Of a stretch of 64,000 bases of DNA, positions 1 to 11,700 are shown one piece after another; positions within the stretch are counted from its first letter, which is position 1, and every line of letters starts with the position of its first letter. Both the position numbers and the translations under genes were made by a program. The DNA lies in assembly GCA_040954595.2 (NCBI GenBank), contig CM082593.2:3117434-3181433 (forward strand), given 5' to 3'. Under the pieces are notes generated by a model. It ran no database searches and had not been told where the DNA came from. It was given only the letters and a program-made list of their open reading frames with translations. Source of the stretch: Balanoglossus misakiensis. Lineage: Eukaryota; Animalia; Hemichordata.

Positions 1-145
1 AGTGAAACAGCTGATGCTGCTATAATCACATTTGCAGTTCCAGATTCTAAGCTATACGCACTAACATTGGAGGTCCCTATAACCATTGTCCAATCATGCA
101 AGCAATTCAATATATATTAAATGTGTGTGTTTTCTCTTTCTGTAG

Positions 146-836
146 GAAAATCTGCGATCCGCATTTAACATGCTTTGAGCCAGAGGCTATGGGTAATCTT
201 GTAGAAGGGATGGAATTTCATAGATTCTATTTTGAGAATGGTTAGTACCTGTAATTCTTCCTCACCAGAAAAAAAAGGACCATAGGTTCATTTCTGTGTC
301 ATCAGCAAGAAGTTGAAATAAATTTAATCTAAAATGTCATCCTTGGAATTATATTCAAGCCTGCATTGTTGTACTTTTTTATCCACAGTTCTTTCGAAGA
401 ATAATAGAGCAAGAAACACAACAATTTTGAATCCACATGTACACTTGCTGGGAGAGGACGCAGCAAGCATTGCATACATAAGACTAACACAGTTTATTGA
501 TAGGTAAGTTGATATTATGTGGGGCATGATTCACTCACTATTTTTGAAACACCTGACATCACGCCCAAAAACAGTTTTACGCGGCTTTTTATTTTCGCCT
601 TATTTTGGCTCTCGCGAAGTTCATGAAAATTTATCGTTCGCGAAAATTTCCTGTTTTGCATTACTCTCTGGATGAACCAAACGACTGATTTGCATGTATG
701 CAAATGTTTGTCTTTCAGAACTGGTTGTCCTGTAACAACTCAGTCAGAAGAGACGCGTGTGTGGCTAAAGAAAGATGCCAAGTGGCAAAATGTACATTTT
801 CACCGCTCAGGAGCCCCAAGTGCACCAGCAAAATAG
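146..836 (+). CDS. CAMK2: Calcium/calmodulin-dependent protein kinase II, last three coding exons (association/hub domain); 5'-partial
   Basis: Exons 146-240, 389-503 and 719-836 have GT-AG boundaries and consistent phases. They translate to [108 protein letters not shown], which I recognise as the CaMKII C-terminal hub domain. Confidence 0.96.
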
Positions 837-3800
837 AAATTCTAATTTCAGAATTTCTAGGTGTTTTTAGGTTTTCAGAGACAGGTCATGCACACACAAA
901 AACCATTGAGGATGTGACTTCGAAGGATTTCTGGTTCTAACCGATGATTTTATTTGGCATCACCAGTACAAAAGAAAATGTGTCACAAAGTTTCGACATC
1001 AGTGAGTTTGTCTGTTTTACTGCTTTTTTGCTAGCAGCCAAGATTTTTTGTAAGATAATTAAGACTTGTACAAAATCCGATTCAAGGATCAGACAAGAAT
1101 CATTTACATAAAGCAAGACAAATTTCTCACTGGTTATTTGAGCTGCACATGCATATCATTTAAGATGCAATTTCTTGAAATTTCCGGATGGTTTCATATA
1201 CTGAATGATTGCCATGGCAATAATTGCTATGGCAGTCAGCTTTGTGGCACACAGTCACTGATGGCAGCCATCTTTGATTGAGTCATTCCCAGAATACATC
1301 ATGGGAATTGAACGATGCCAAACACTATGGCAGCTGGTTAATGAAAACACACAAAACACGGTTAGGCCAGATTTTCTGAAGATTTTTTTTTCTTTCTGTG
1401 GGCGATGACTGGTGTGGAATTGCAACAGAAGAGAGCACTTTGTTGATTCAAAAAAATATGCAAGGAAAAAAGTGCATGAGTGATGTGGACAGCAAAGCTA
1501 GAAAAGTGGTTTCAAAAGTTGAGGCACAAGTAATGAAGGCCTTATTTCAAATTTGACCTGAAGCGTCAGATGGAGCAATTTTCGTCGCTGCCAAATGACC
1601 TTCACCGGGAGTACAATGTGTTCCTGTGTAGCAATTAATCTTGCAATTCTAGTCACCTAACAAATTTAGAACATTTCTATTTTAAACTAAAATCTTGGGA
1701 AACAGAATTGTTTTGTCTTTTGTTCCTTCTGCACAGTCATTTCTTGTGCATCACTCGAAAAAAATATCAAGATTCATGTCAGAATTATCAAAGGCAATTT
1801 AGCTTTGCTAACTTTTTAATGTTCAGGGGCATTTTTTTCGGTTTCGCTCTTAACTAATATCTACAAGAGGAAGTTTGCATGTCTTATATGGTGTGATTCT
1901 ACACTGGTGCAATACTGGGAATTCGAATTTAGACATTTGCTTGTTTGAATATGACTCAATGGCAACTGATCTTTAGCAATGAAGCATGTATTTCGTTATC
2001 ATCTCTTTCCATATTGTCTTGACGTTCACGGACAATACTCCACTATTTATTTCTGAATTTCTTGCATAATTCAAATGTCAAAAAAGTGCGGCCATTTTGT
2101 GACCTGCAAAGTTGAGAGCGTATGATTTTGTTTTGGATTGGCAAGCTCAAGATGTTTTGTGTCCGTGATGTACAACATCTCTTTTGAGAAAGAAAGCTTT
2201 TTTTTCTGCAAGATGCTGCAAAGGGCCTTCTTGAAGTTTATCAATGTACAGCATCATCTTTCTTCAGCACCAAGTTGTAGTGTTTTATATCTAGGTGTTT
2301 CATATCTATGCATGTCACATGGATAGCCCATGAGTGTCATAAGATATCCACATGACATACCCATATAGTCACATGATGTCCACATGATATACACATGGCA
2401 TCCATTTGACATTCATATTTATACGTGATGTGTACACTTTATTGGGATTTAATCATGACTAAAAAAATTTGGTGGATGGATTATTCAAAACATTTTTTCT
2501 CCTAAAAATGCAATTTCGTTGACAGGGAAGTATCTTGTTATTCCTCACTCTTAAAGCCAATACAATTCATTCTTTACATATTAAAAAAAAAATTAATAAA
2601 TCATCAATTATTTCCAATTTTGAACATTTTTTGATGGACATGCACAATACTGCTTATTATATCGTAGATAGGAATTTTCTCCTAAGAATTTACAATGACT
2701 TTTAGATGTGATTCAAACATGTTGTATATGTGAAAGCTATCTGTCTTTTTGACTTCTTACTGTCAACAAAAAAAAAGCTAAAGGCTATAGCAGTATGTTC
2801 GATGTTATTTTTAGTTTATTTTTTTCAGAGTTAAATCTTTTTGCAGCAGCCTAGGTGCCGATGACACCAGCAAAAGTTGTAAATATTTTTGACAGAATTG
2901 AGACCTTTAGATGGTAACACCATACAGTGTGTACAACATTTTTCATCATGTATTCACTGAATGGGGTATTATTGCAGCGTGTGCTATTGTTTTATACAGC
3001 AGTAGATTGATAAAGGGAGTTTTTGTTTCATTTTCAGTGATATTCAGCCATTTGTTTCCAAAGTGGGCGTTTATTTACCCAGTGCTGATGGCTGGCTAAC
3101 CTTTTCCTGTGTCTGAAATTGATTTAACACCATCAGCATTATCCGTGGAAGAGTATTAACACAATTCCACAATATTGTTTGAATTCTGTTACGAATTTAC
3201 CTACACATGAACTCTCCCCTCCCCATTTTTGAAAATTAACAACTGTTTCTAGTGAGTCAAGAAAGATTATGCCATGTCTGCATACCAAGAGGGGAGAATG
3301 TTTTCGGTGTCCGAGATTGGGCTGCATAAGTAACTTCACCAACCACACTGTAAGTTTTGTTAGACTCCCAATGAAAGCAGAGCCAAAGATTTTTATGATG
3401 ACATAATCTACTATGTTAGTCTTCACAATGTTTAACATGTTATATACCTTTACATCAATTATTCCAGAAATCTGGTATTTAGACCGACTCAACCCTCCTC
3501 CTGTTTATCATTGAATAGTTCCTATTGTTCTGCAGTGGACTATTCCATCATTGAGGTGTGGAACATATCTTTAAAGTGACAGTCTTCAACTTCACCTCTC
3601 ACGTTGCCCATGAAAACATTCTCTTTGAAAAGAAAATGTCAGTAGTGACGATGCATCTTTGGGTTAAGGCAGCCACACATTTTATAAACATTCCAACGTC
3701 CAGACTGCACTAAACACGATTTGTTGTCAAAAGAACCTCACACAAGCTTTAAATGATAAAAAGTACAATATGAAAAAATTGAGACATTAATTTTCATAAA

Positions 3801-4990
3801 ATTACAAACCATGTCCTTGGGATCCATTCTTCCTCAAATGAATATGGATGGACAAGTATAATTGTTAATATCAGTTACAACAGGGTGCTCCATACGCTAC
3901 ATAAATATAAAACTTACAGTATTTTTTAGACCACTTTCATGTTTGCCAAAATTTTCCCAATGACTTCGTGTGATAATTGTGCAAATTCTGATTCATGTAC
4001 TCGGATTGCTAATGTTTTCATTCACAAGTCTGAAATCCACGCCACAGTCACTAGACAGTATACAGTACCATAAGGAAAGAAAACCAAGTTCTAACATTTG
4101 ACATACATTACATTTGTATTTCTGAACAAAACCTGTGCAGAATGGCCTTTGGTGAAATATTTTGTCAACTTGTATAATTGTAAAATTAATCCCACATCCA
4201 GCAGACTTTTAAACATTAACTAACTACACACTGCCACATGAGCCCTTAACGTTCAATCAGTCAGATAGAGTATGGTTTCCTGCCATAGATTTAACAGTAA
4301 TACAAAATTCCTTAGTATAATATCATTTTTCTGTTAAGTCATTTGCAAATCCATTTCAAGTATGCATAAAATAAGAGAATGTGTGAATTTAGTAGCCATT
4401 TTGTTGGTTGCAACCTATGTTTATTGTGTCATACGTACACATTTGCATAATTGCATGAATACTCATTTATCAAACCAGAGAACAAAATTGATGATACAAA
4501 TTTTGAAATCGTTGAGTAAGCTTTTAAAAATACACTTGAGGTGACTACTGGTAGTTAATAATTATCGATTGTTGGGGCTTATACCCCATAGCACTTTTGC
4601 AAGAGATTGGAAAAGCCTAGAAATGACTCAATTTACTGTGTATTGTATTTTACCAGCAGTGTATTCCCCATTTTTGTATTATTTATTGTTATTAAGCTGA
4701 TGGACATGGTTGGAATTATTGGAGTTATTTTTTTTTTCATTTGATTGTTTTGAAATGATTAATTAAATGTGCAAATAGCTTAAAATGCTTGTAGAGATTA
4801 CGGGGAGAGTTACTATTCATTCACTAATAGTTTTATTAATTACTTATTAAGTGACACTTCTTTCTTGGTACATTGGTATAAAGTCCATTGTAATTAAGTA
4901 AATCTTATTGTGTCTGTTCAAAGTCTTCAATTTAAGTGTACATTGAAGACACCAGACTCTTAATAAAACGATTTCAAAAATTTACACTTT
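837..4990 (+). other. Probable long 3'UTR of CaMKII ending at a poly(A) site
   Basis: AT-rich and non-coding after the stop codon. AATAAA at 4962-4967 is followed by a T/GT-rich tract (~4985-5045). An earlier AATAAA lies at ~2595. The extent is inferred. Confidence 0.45.
2300..2420. repeat. Degenerate ~11-bp minisatellite (consensus approximately cacatgatatc)
   Basis: Recurrent cacatg/catatg/catg motifs at roughly 11-bp spacing. Confidence 0.4.
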
Positions 4991-5354
4991 TGATGGTTTA
5001 TGTTTCATTTTAATGTTTACTCATGGCATGTTTGTTTGTTTTTCCGGTGAGTGTGGCATCTGTATTAGACAAGATGACGTGTGTGAAATTACACCATCTA
5101 TCCGCGGGTTAAAGGTTATGTCCGTGTGAAAGGTATCGATGGCTACGATGACTCTCACGAGTCAGTTCGTCTCTTGTCCTGTAGAGGGCGCTTTCTTTTA
5201 AGAGGTGCAATTATCTTGTTTTTATATATATCTGGATGTAAAATATCTTTGAAAGTGTTACGAAATGAAAGAAATACTGGGATGTGTGACTATATGTGTT
5301 CCTAAAGTTAATATTTACATATTAACTCAAAATCTTTGGTTATTTTCCCCACGT

Positions 5355-5470
5355 GTTTTCCCTATACTAACATCAAGAAAAAAACTTAGAATATTTTTCT
5401 GGATTTTCCGTATACTTACATCAAGAAAAAAAAAACTTAGAATATTTTTCACGATTTTCCCTATACTCTA
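5355..5470. repeat. Short tandem duplication (~50 bp, ~2.3 copies)
   Basis: ttttcc(c/g)tatact(a/t)acatcaagaaaaaa..cttagaatattttt occurs twice plus a partial third copy. Confidence 0.8.
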
Positions 5471-5718
5471 AATCGATTCACCCATGTTTAATTCAAAGTG
5501 ATAATCATTATTAGCAGTCAAGGGGGAAATAACCACGTCACTTGATCACTTTCTTGTGGGTTGACCAGTTCTCGTGGAGTTACGTCAATATCTGTCAGAG
5601 GTTGTCATATGTCTGACCCAGGGTCTGACCCGACGTAGTCCTAAATACATAAGTACGTTTACTACAACACTCAACAACTGAAAAAAAAAAGTGGGTGGCA
5701 ATTTTTTTCAGAGTGAAA

Positions 5719-8700
5719 ATGGGGACACGGCACGCAATTTGTCTGCTTTTCGCAGCTTTTCTCCACGTTCTCAACTGTCAAGAGATTAAAGGTAAGTATG
5801 TGATCACCGTAGCATTCGAATTCCTCTCCCAATTCAACAACGTAGCAAAGTAGGCCAAGGCCTAAATGCAATGTACATTTCTACAGTTTTCCGGACGTTT
5901 AAGGCTATAATAGAGTTGTTGCATTTTTGCTTTGCGGGTCCAGCATATGCCAAAGCGCATGTCTGCACCAAATTGATGTATAGCAAATTTCCTATATTCG
6001 GACAAGGAACTGCACCAATATATAATCCCGTGATATCGAACTATAGTCACGTCAAGCCATCCAAGGTTAGCCGTGTCAGTCGGTTGACTTCATAACCCCC
6101 AGGGACGTCCGGTCAACCCTTTTTTAACCCAAACCCTGCTAGTATAGGCTTACGTGATTATCATGACAATACCGATGGGTGTCGACGTCTGGTATTTGCC
6201 CTTCAATATACACCGGCCCACATCATTCTAGACAATTTCGTTCCGTGACAGTGCTGACCAAGGCGTACACACGTGAGGTTTTAATCCGGGGAAATGCTGT
6301 ACTTCCATCGCCATTCTTTTGGATTAAGCGGGATTGGAACCTGAAATAGGCCTAGTTTGGAATGGCAAAGGTCCAGCAAAACATCACTTGGATAGTCAAA
6401 ATAAGTACACAGCCGCCCTTTTTCACAGTATCAGCAATAATCATAAGTGTTATTATCAACGACCCACGTCATCCCAAATGTGTACAGACATGTTGAAGAA
6501 AAAGTGTAGCAGCCAAAAGTCAACACTTGAAATGAGCTGTGAATGAAAAGAAAGTACATGTATTGATTTACAATTATGACCTGAACTTAAGGTCGGCCGT
6601 GCCAGAACGAACCGCACCGACAACATAATGTTTCTGACAACCCCAGACGGCAGATCACCATTTGAGCGCACAGACATTTTTTTCCAGACGAAAAACAAAA
6701 ATAATGCATGATATACACAGTCATAGTATCTACGTTCATGAAAAATATCGAAAAAAGACAAACACACCAAAATCCGTGAAGTCGGAAAATGGTCGATTTT
6801 TGACAATTTTCGTGAGCTACAACCCATGAAAAATGTCCAGAAAAAACAAAAACACCAAAATCCGTGAAGTCGGAAAATGGTCGATTTTTGACAATTTTCA
6901 TGAGCTACAACCCATGAAAAATGTCCAGAAAAGACAAAAAAACCAAAATCCGTGAAGTCGGAAAATGGTCGATTTTTGACAATTTTCATGAGTTATAACC
7001 CATGAAAAATGTCAAAAAAAGACAAAAACACCAACATCTGTGAAGTCGGAAAATGGTCGATTTTTGACCCATGGCAATTTTCATGAGTTATAACCCATGA
7101 AAAATGTCCAAAAAAGACAAAAACACCAAAATCCGTGAAGTCGCTGAGGTGCAAATAAGAATTTGCACCTCTGCGGTGCAAATAAGATCATGGTAGTTAT
7201 GCTGTAATATAGTGCGGTAAATTTCCGACTTTTTCGAGTACAAATCCTGGTGGCGAAGGGTTCAGGAAGACTAGGTGTTTATACCTGAAGGTGTCAACTG
7301 ATGTTGGTTCGAGACCAGTTTTTTTTCTATTTCTTTTTTTTTGTGAGAACTTTTAACGACATTATCATTGTAATTTTTATCATTTTCATAAATCCAATTC
7401 ATTTCAATATCTACGCTGCGTTTTTTATCTGTCGTGTATAAGAAACATGCAGGAAAACTTGGTCATTTTTTTGTCGCGGTTCACTTGGGCAAGTCTGAAT
7501 ACGGAGTGCTCATCAGGAGAGAGAAAGATAAACTCGCTAAAACCGTGTTTTTCCGTCCGCTTGACCAACCAAGGAGCGAAAAAGTCGTTATTTGGGCCAT
7601 AATAAAACGTTTTTGTCGTCGAGGAGTGAATAAAGAACGGTCAGATCGTTGCGGTGCAAACTCTTATTTGCACCGCAGCGGTGCGAACTCTTATTTGCAC
7701 CGCTGCGGTGCAAATAAGAATTTGCACCGCTGCGGTGCAAATAAGATCATGGTAGTTATGCTGTAATATAGTGCGGTAAATTTCCGACTTTTTCGAGTAC
7801 AAATCCTGGTGGCGAAGGGTTCAGGAAGACTAGGTTTTTACCTGAAGGTGTCAACTGATGTTGGTTCGAGACCAGTTTTTTTTCTATTTCTTTTTTTGTG
7901 TGAGAACTTTTAAAGAGATTATCATTGTAATTTTTATCATTTTCATAAATCCAATTCATTTCAATATCTACGCTGTGTTTTTTATCTGTCGGGTATAAGA
8001 AATATGCAGGAAAACTTGGTCATTTTTTTGTCGCGGTTCACTTTGGCAAGTCTGAATACGGAGTGCTCATCAGGAGAGAGAAAGATAAACTCGCTAAAAC
8101 CGTGTTTTTCCGTCCGCTTGACCAACCAAGGAGCGAAAAAGTCGTTATTTGGGCCGTAATAAAACGTTTTTGTCGTCGAGGAGTGAATAAAGAACGGTCA
8201 GATCGTTGCGGTGCAAACTCTTATTTGCACCGCAGCGGTGCGAACTCTTATTTGCACCGCTGCGGTGCAAATAAGAATTTGCACCGCTGCGGTGCAAATA
8301 AGATCATGGTAGTTATGCTGTAATATAGTGCGGTAAATTTCCGACTTTTTCGAGTACAAATCCTGGTGGCGAAGGGTTCAGGAAGACTATGTTTTTACCT
8401 GAAGGTGTCAACTGATGTTGGTTCGAGACCAGTTTTTTTTCTATTTCTTTTTTTTTGTGAGAACTTTTAACGACATTATCATTGTAATTTTTATCATTTT
8501 CATAAATCCAATTCATTTCAATATCTACGCTGTGTTTTTTATCTGTCGGGTGTAAGAAATATGCAGGAAAACTTGGTCATTTTTTTGTCGCGGTTCACTT
8601 TGGCAAGTCTGAATACGGAGTGCTCATCAGGAGAGAGAAAGATAAACTCGCTAAAACCGTGTTTTTCCGTCCGCTTGACCAACCAAGGAGCGAAAAAGTC

Positions 8701-11700
8701 GTTATTTGGGCCGTAATAAAACGTTTTTGTCGTCGAGGAGTGAATAAAGAACGGTCAGATCGTTGCGGTGCAAACTCTTATTTGCACCGCAGCGGTGCGA
8801 ACTCTTATTTGCACCGCTGCGGTGCAAATAAGAATTGGCACCGCTGCGGTGCAAATAAGATCATGGTAGTTATGCTGTAATATAGTGCGGTAAATTTCCG
8901 ACTTTTTCGAGTACAAATCCTGGTGGCGAAGGGTTCAGGAAGACTAGGTGTTTTTACCTGAAGGTGTCAACTGATGTTGGTTCGAGACCAGTTTTTTTTC
9001 TATTTCTTTTTTTTTGTGAGAACTTTTAACGACATTATCATTGTAATTTTTATCATTTTCATAAATCCAATTCATTTCAATATCTACGCTGCGTTTTTTA
9101 TCTGTCGGGTGTAAGAAATATGCAGGAAAACTTGGTCATTTTTTTGTCGCGGTTCACTTTGGCAAGTCTGAATACGGAGTGCTCATCAGGAGAGAGAAAG
9201 ATAAACTCGCTAAAGTCGTGTCTTTCCGTCCGCTTGACCAACCAAGGAGCGAAAAAGTCGTTATTTGGGCCATAATAAAACGTTTTTGTCGTCGAGGAGT
9301 GAATAAAGAACGGTCAGATCGTTGCGGTGCAAACTCTTATTTGCACCGCAGCGGTGCGAACTCTTATTTGCACCGCTGCGGTGCAAATAAGAATTTGCAC
9401 CGCTGCGGTGCAAATAAGATCATGGTAGTTATGCTGTAATATAGTGCGGTAAATTTCCGACTTTTTCGAGTACAAATCCTGGTGGCGAAGGGTTCAGGAA
9501 GACTAGGTGTTTTTACCTGAAGGTGTCAACTGATGTTGGTTCGAGACCAGTTTTTTTTCTATTTCTTTTTTTTTGTGAGAACTTTTAACGACATTATCAT
9601 TGTAATTTTTATCATTTTCATAAATCCAATTCATTTCAATATCTACGCTGCGTTTTTTATCTGTCGTGTATAAGAAACATGCAGGAAAACTTGGTCATTT
9701 TTTTGTCGCGGTTCACTTGGGCAAGTCTGAATACGGAGTGCTCATCAGGAGAGAGAAAGATAAACTCGCTAAAACCGTGTTTTTCCGTCCGCTTGACCAA
9801 CCAAGGAGCGAAAAAGTCGTTATTTGGGCCATAATAAAACGTTTTTGTCGTCGAGGAGTGAATAAAGAACGGTCAGATCGTTGCGGTGCAAACTCTTATT
9901 TGCACCGCAGCGGTGCGAACTCTTATTTGCACCGCTGCGGTGCAAATAAGAATTTGCACCGCTGCGGTGCAAATAAGATCATGGTAGTTATGATGTAATA
10001 TAGTGCGGTAAATTTCCGACCTTTTCGAGTACAAATCCTGGTGGCGAAGGGTTCAGGAAGACTAGATTTTTACCTGAAGGTGTCAACTGATGTTGGTTCG
10101 AGACCAGTTTTTTTTCTATTTCTTTTTTTTTGTGAGAACTTTTAACGACATTATCATTGTAATTTTTATCATTTTCATAAATCCAATTCATTTCAATATC
10201 TACGCTGCGTTTTTTATCTGTCGTGTATAAGAAACATGCAGGAAAACTTGGTCATTTTTTTTGTCGCGGTTCACTTGGGCAAGTCTGAATACGGAGTGCT
10301 CATCAGGAGAGAGAAAGATAAACTCGCTAAAACCGTGTTTTTCCGTCCGCTTGACCAACCAAGGAGCGAAAAAGTCGTTATTTGGGCCATAATAAAACGT
10401 TTTTGTCGTCGAGGAGTGAATAAAGAACGGTCAGATCGTTGCGGTGCAAACTCTTATTTGCACCGCAGCGGTGCGAACTCTTATTTGCACCGCTGCGGTG
10501 CAAATAAGAATTTGCACCGCTGCGGTGCAAATAAGATCATGGTAGTTATGATGTAATATAGTGCGGTAAATTTCCGACCTTTTCGAGTACAAATCCTGGT
10601 GGCGAAGGGTTCAGGAAGACTAGGTTTTTACCTGAAGGTGTCAACTGATGTTGGTTCGAGACCAGTTTTTTTTCTATTTCTTTTTTTTGTGTGAACTTTT
10701 AACGACATTATCATTGTAATTTTTATCATTTTCATAAATCCAATTCATTTCAATATCTACGCTGTGTTTTTTATCTGTCGGGTATAAGAAATATGCAGGA
10801 AAACTTGGTCATTTTTTGTCGCGGTTCACTTTGGCAAGTCTGAATACGGAGTGCTCATCAGGAGAGAGAAAGATAAACTCGCTAAAACCGTGTTTTTCCG
10901 TCCGCTTGACCAACCAAGGAGCGAAAAAGTCGTTATTTGGGCCGTAATAAAACGTTTTTGTCGTCGAGGAGTGAATAAAGAACGGTCAGATCGTTGCGGT
11001 GCAAACTCTTATTTGCACCGCAGCGGTGCGAACTCTTATTTGCACCGCTGCGGTGCAAATAAGATCATGGTAGTTATGCTGTAATATAGTGCGGTAAATT
11101 TCCGACTTTTTCGAGTACAAATCCTGGTGGCGAAGGGTTCAGGAAGACTAGGTGTTTTTACCTGAAGGTGTCAACTGATGTTGGTTCGAGACCAGTTTTT
11201 TTTCTATTTCTTTTTTTTTGTGAGAACTTTTAACGACATTATCATTGTAATTTTTATCATTTTCATAAATCCAATTCATTTCAATATCTACGCTGCGTTT
11301 TTTATCTGTCGGGTGTAAGAAATATGCAGGAAAACTTGGTCATTTTTTTGTCGCGGTTCACTTTGGCAAGTCTGAATACGGAGTGCTCATCAGGAGAGAG
11401 AAAGATAAACTCGCTAAAACAGTGTCTTTCCGTCCGCTTGACCAACCAAGGAGCGAAAAAGTCGTTATTTGGGCCATAATAAAACGTTTTTGTCGTCGAG
11501 GAGTGAATAAAGAACGGTCAGATCGTTGCGGTGCAAACTCTTATTTGCACCGCAGCGGTGCGAACTCTTATTTGCACCGCTGCGGTGCAAATAAGATCAT
11601 GGTAGTTATGCTGTAATATAGTGCGGTAAATTTCCGACTTTTTCGAGTACAAATCCTGGTGGCGAAGGGTTCAGGAAGACTAGGTGTTTTTACCTGAAGG

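Noticed and set aside
570-665. Possible MITE remnant in a CaMKII intron (…ttcgcgaaaatttcctgttttgca)
   Set aside because: It resembles ends of invertebrate MITEs from memory only; no partner TIR or second copy is present in this window.
7244-7326. Canonical tRNA gene
   Set aside because: There is no 3' acceptor strand (oligo-T follows the T-arm) and no stable D or anticodon arm, and the central loop varies in length between copies. It is kept only as tRNA-like.
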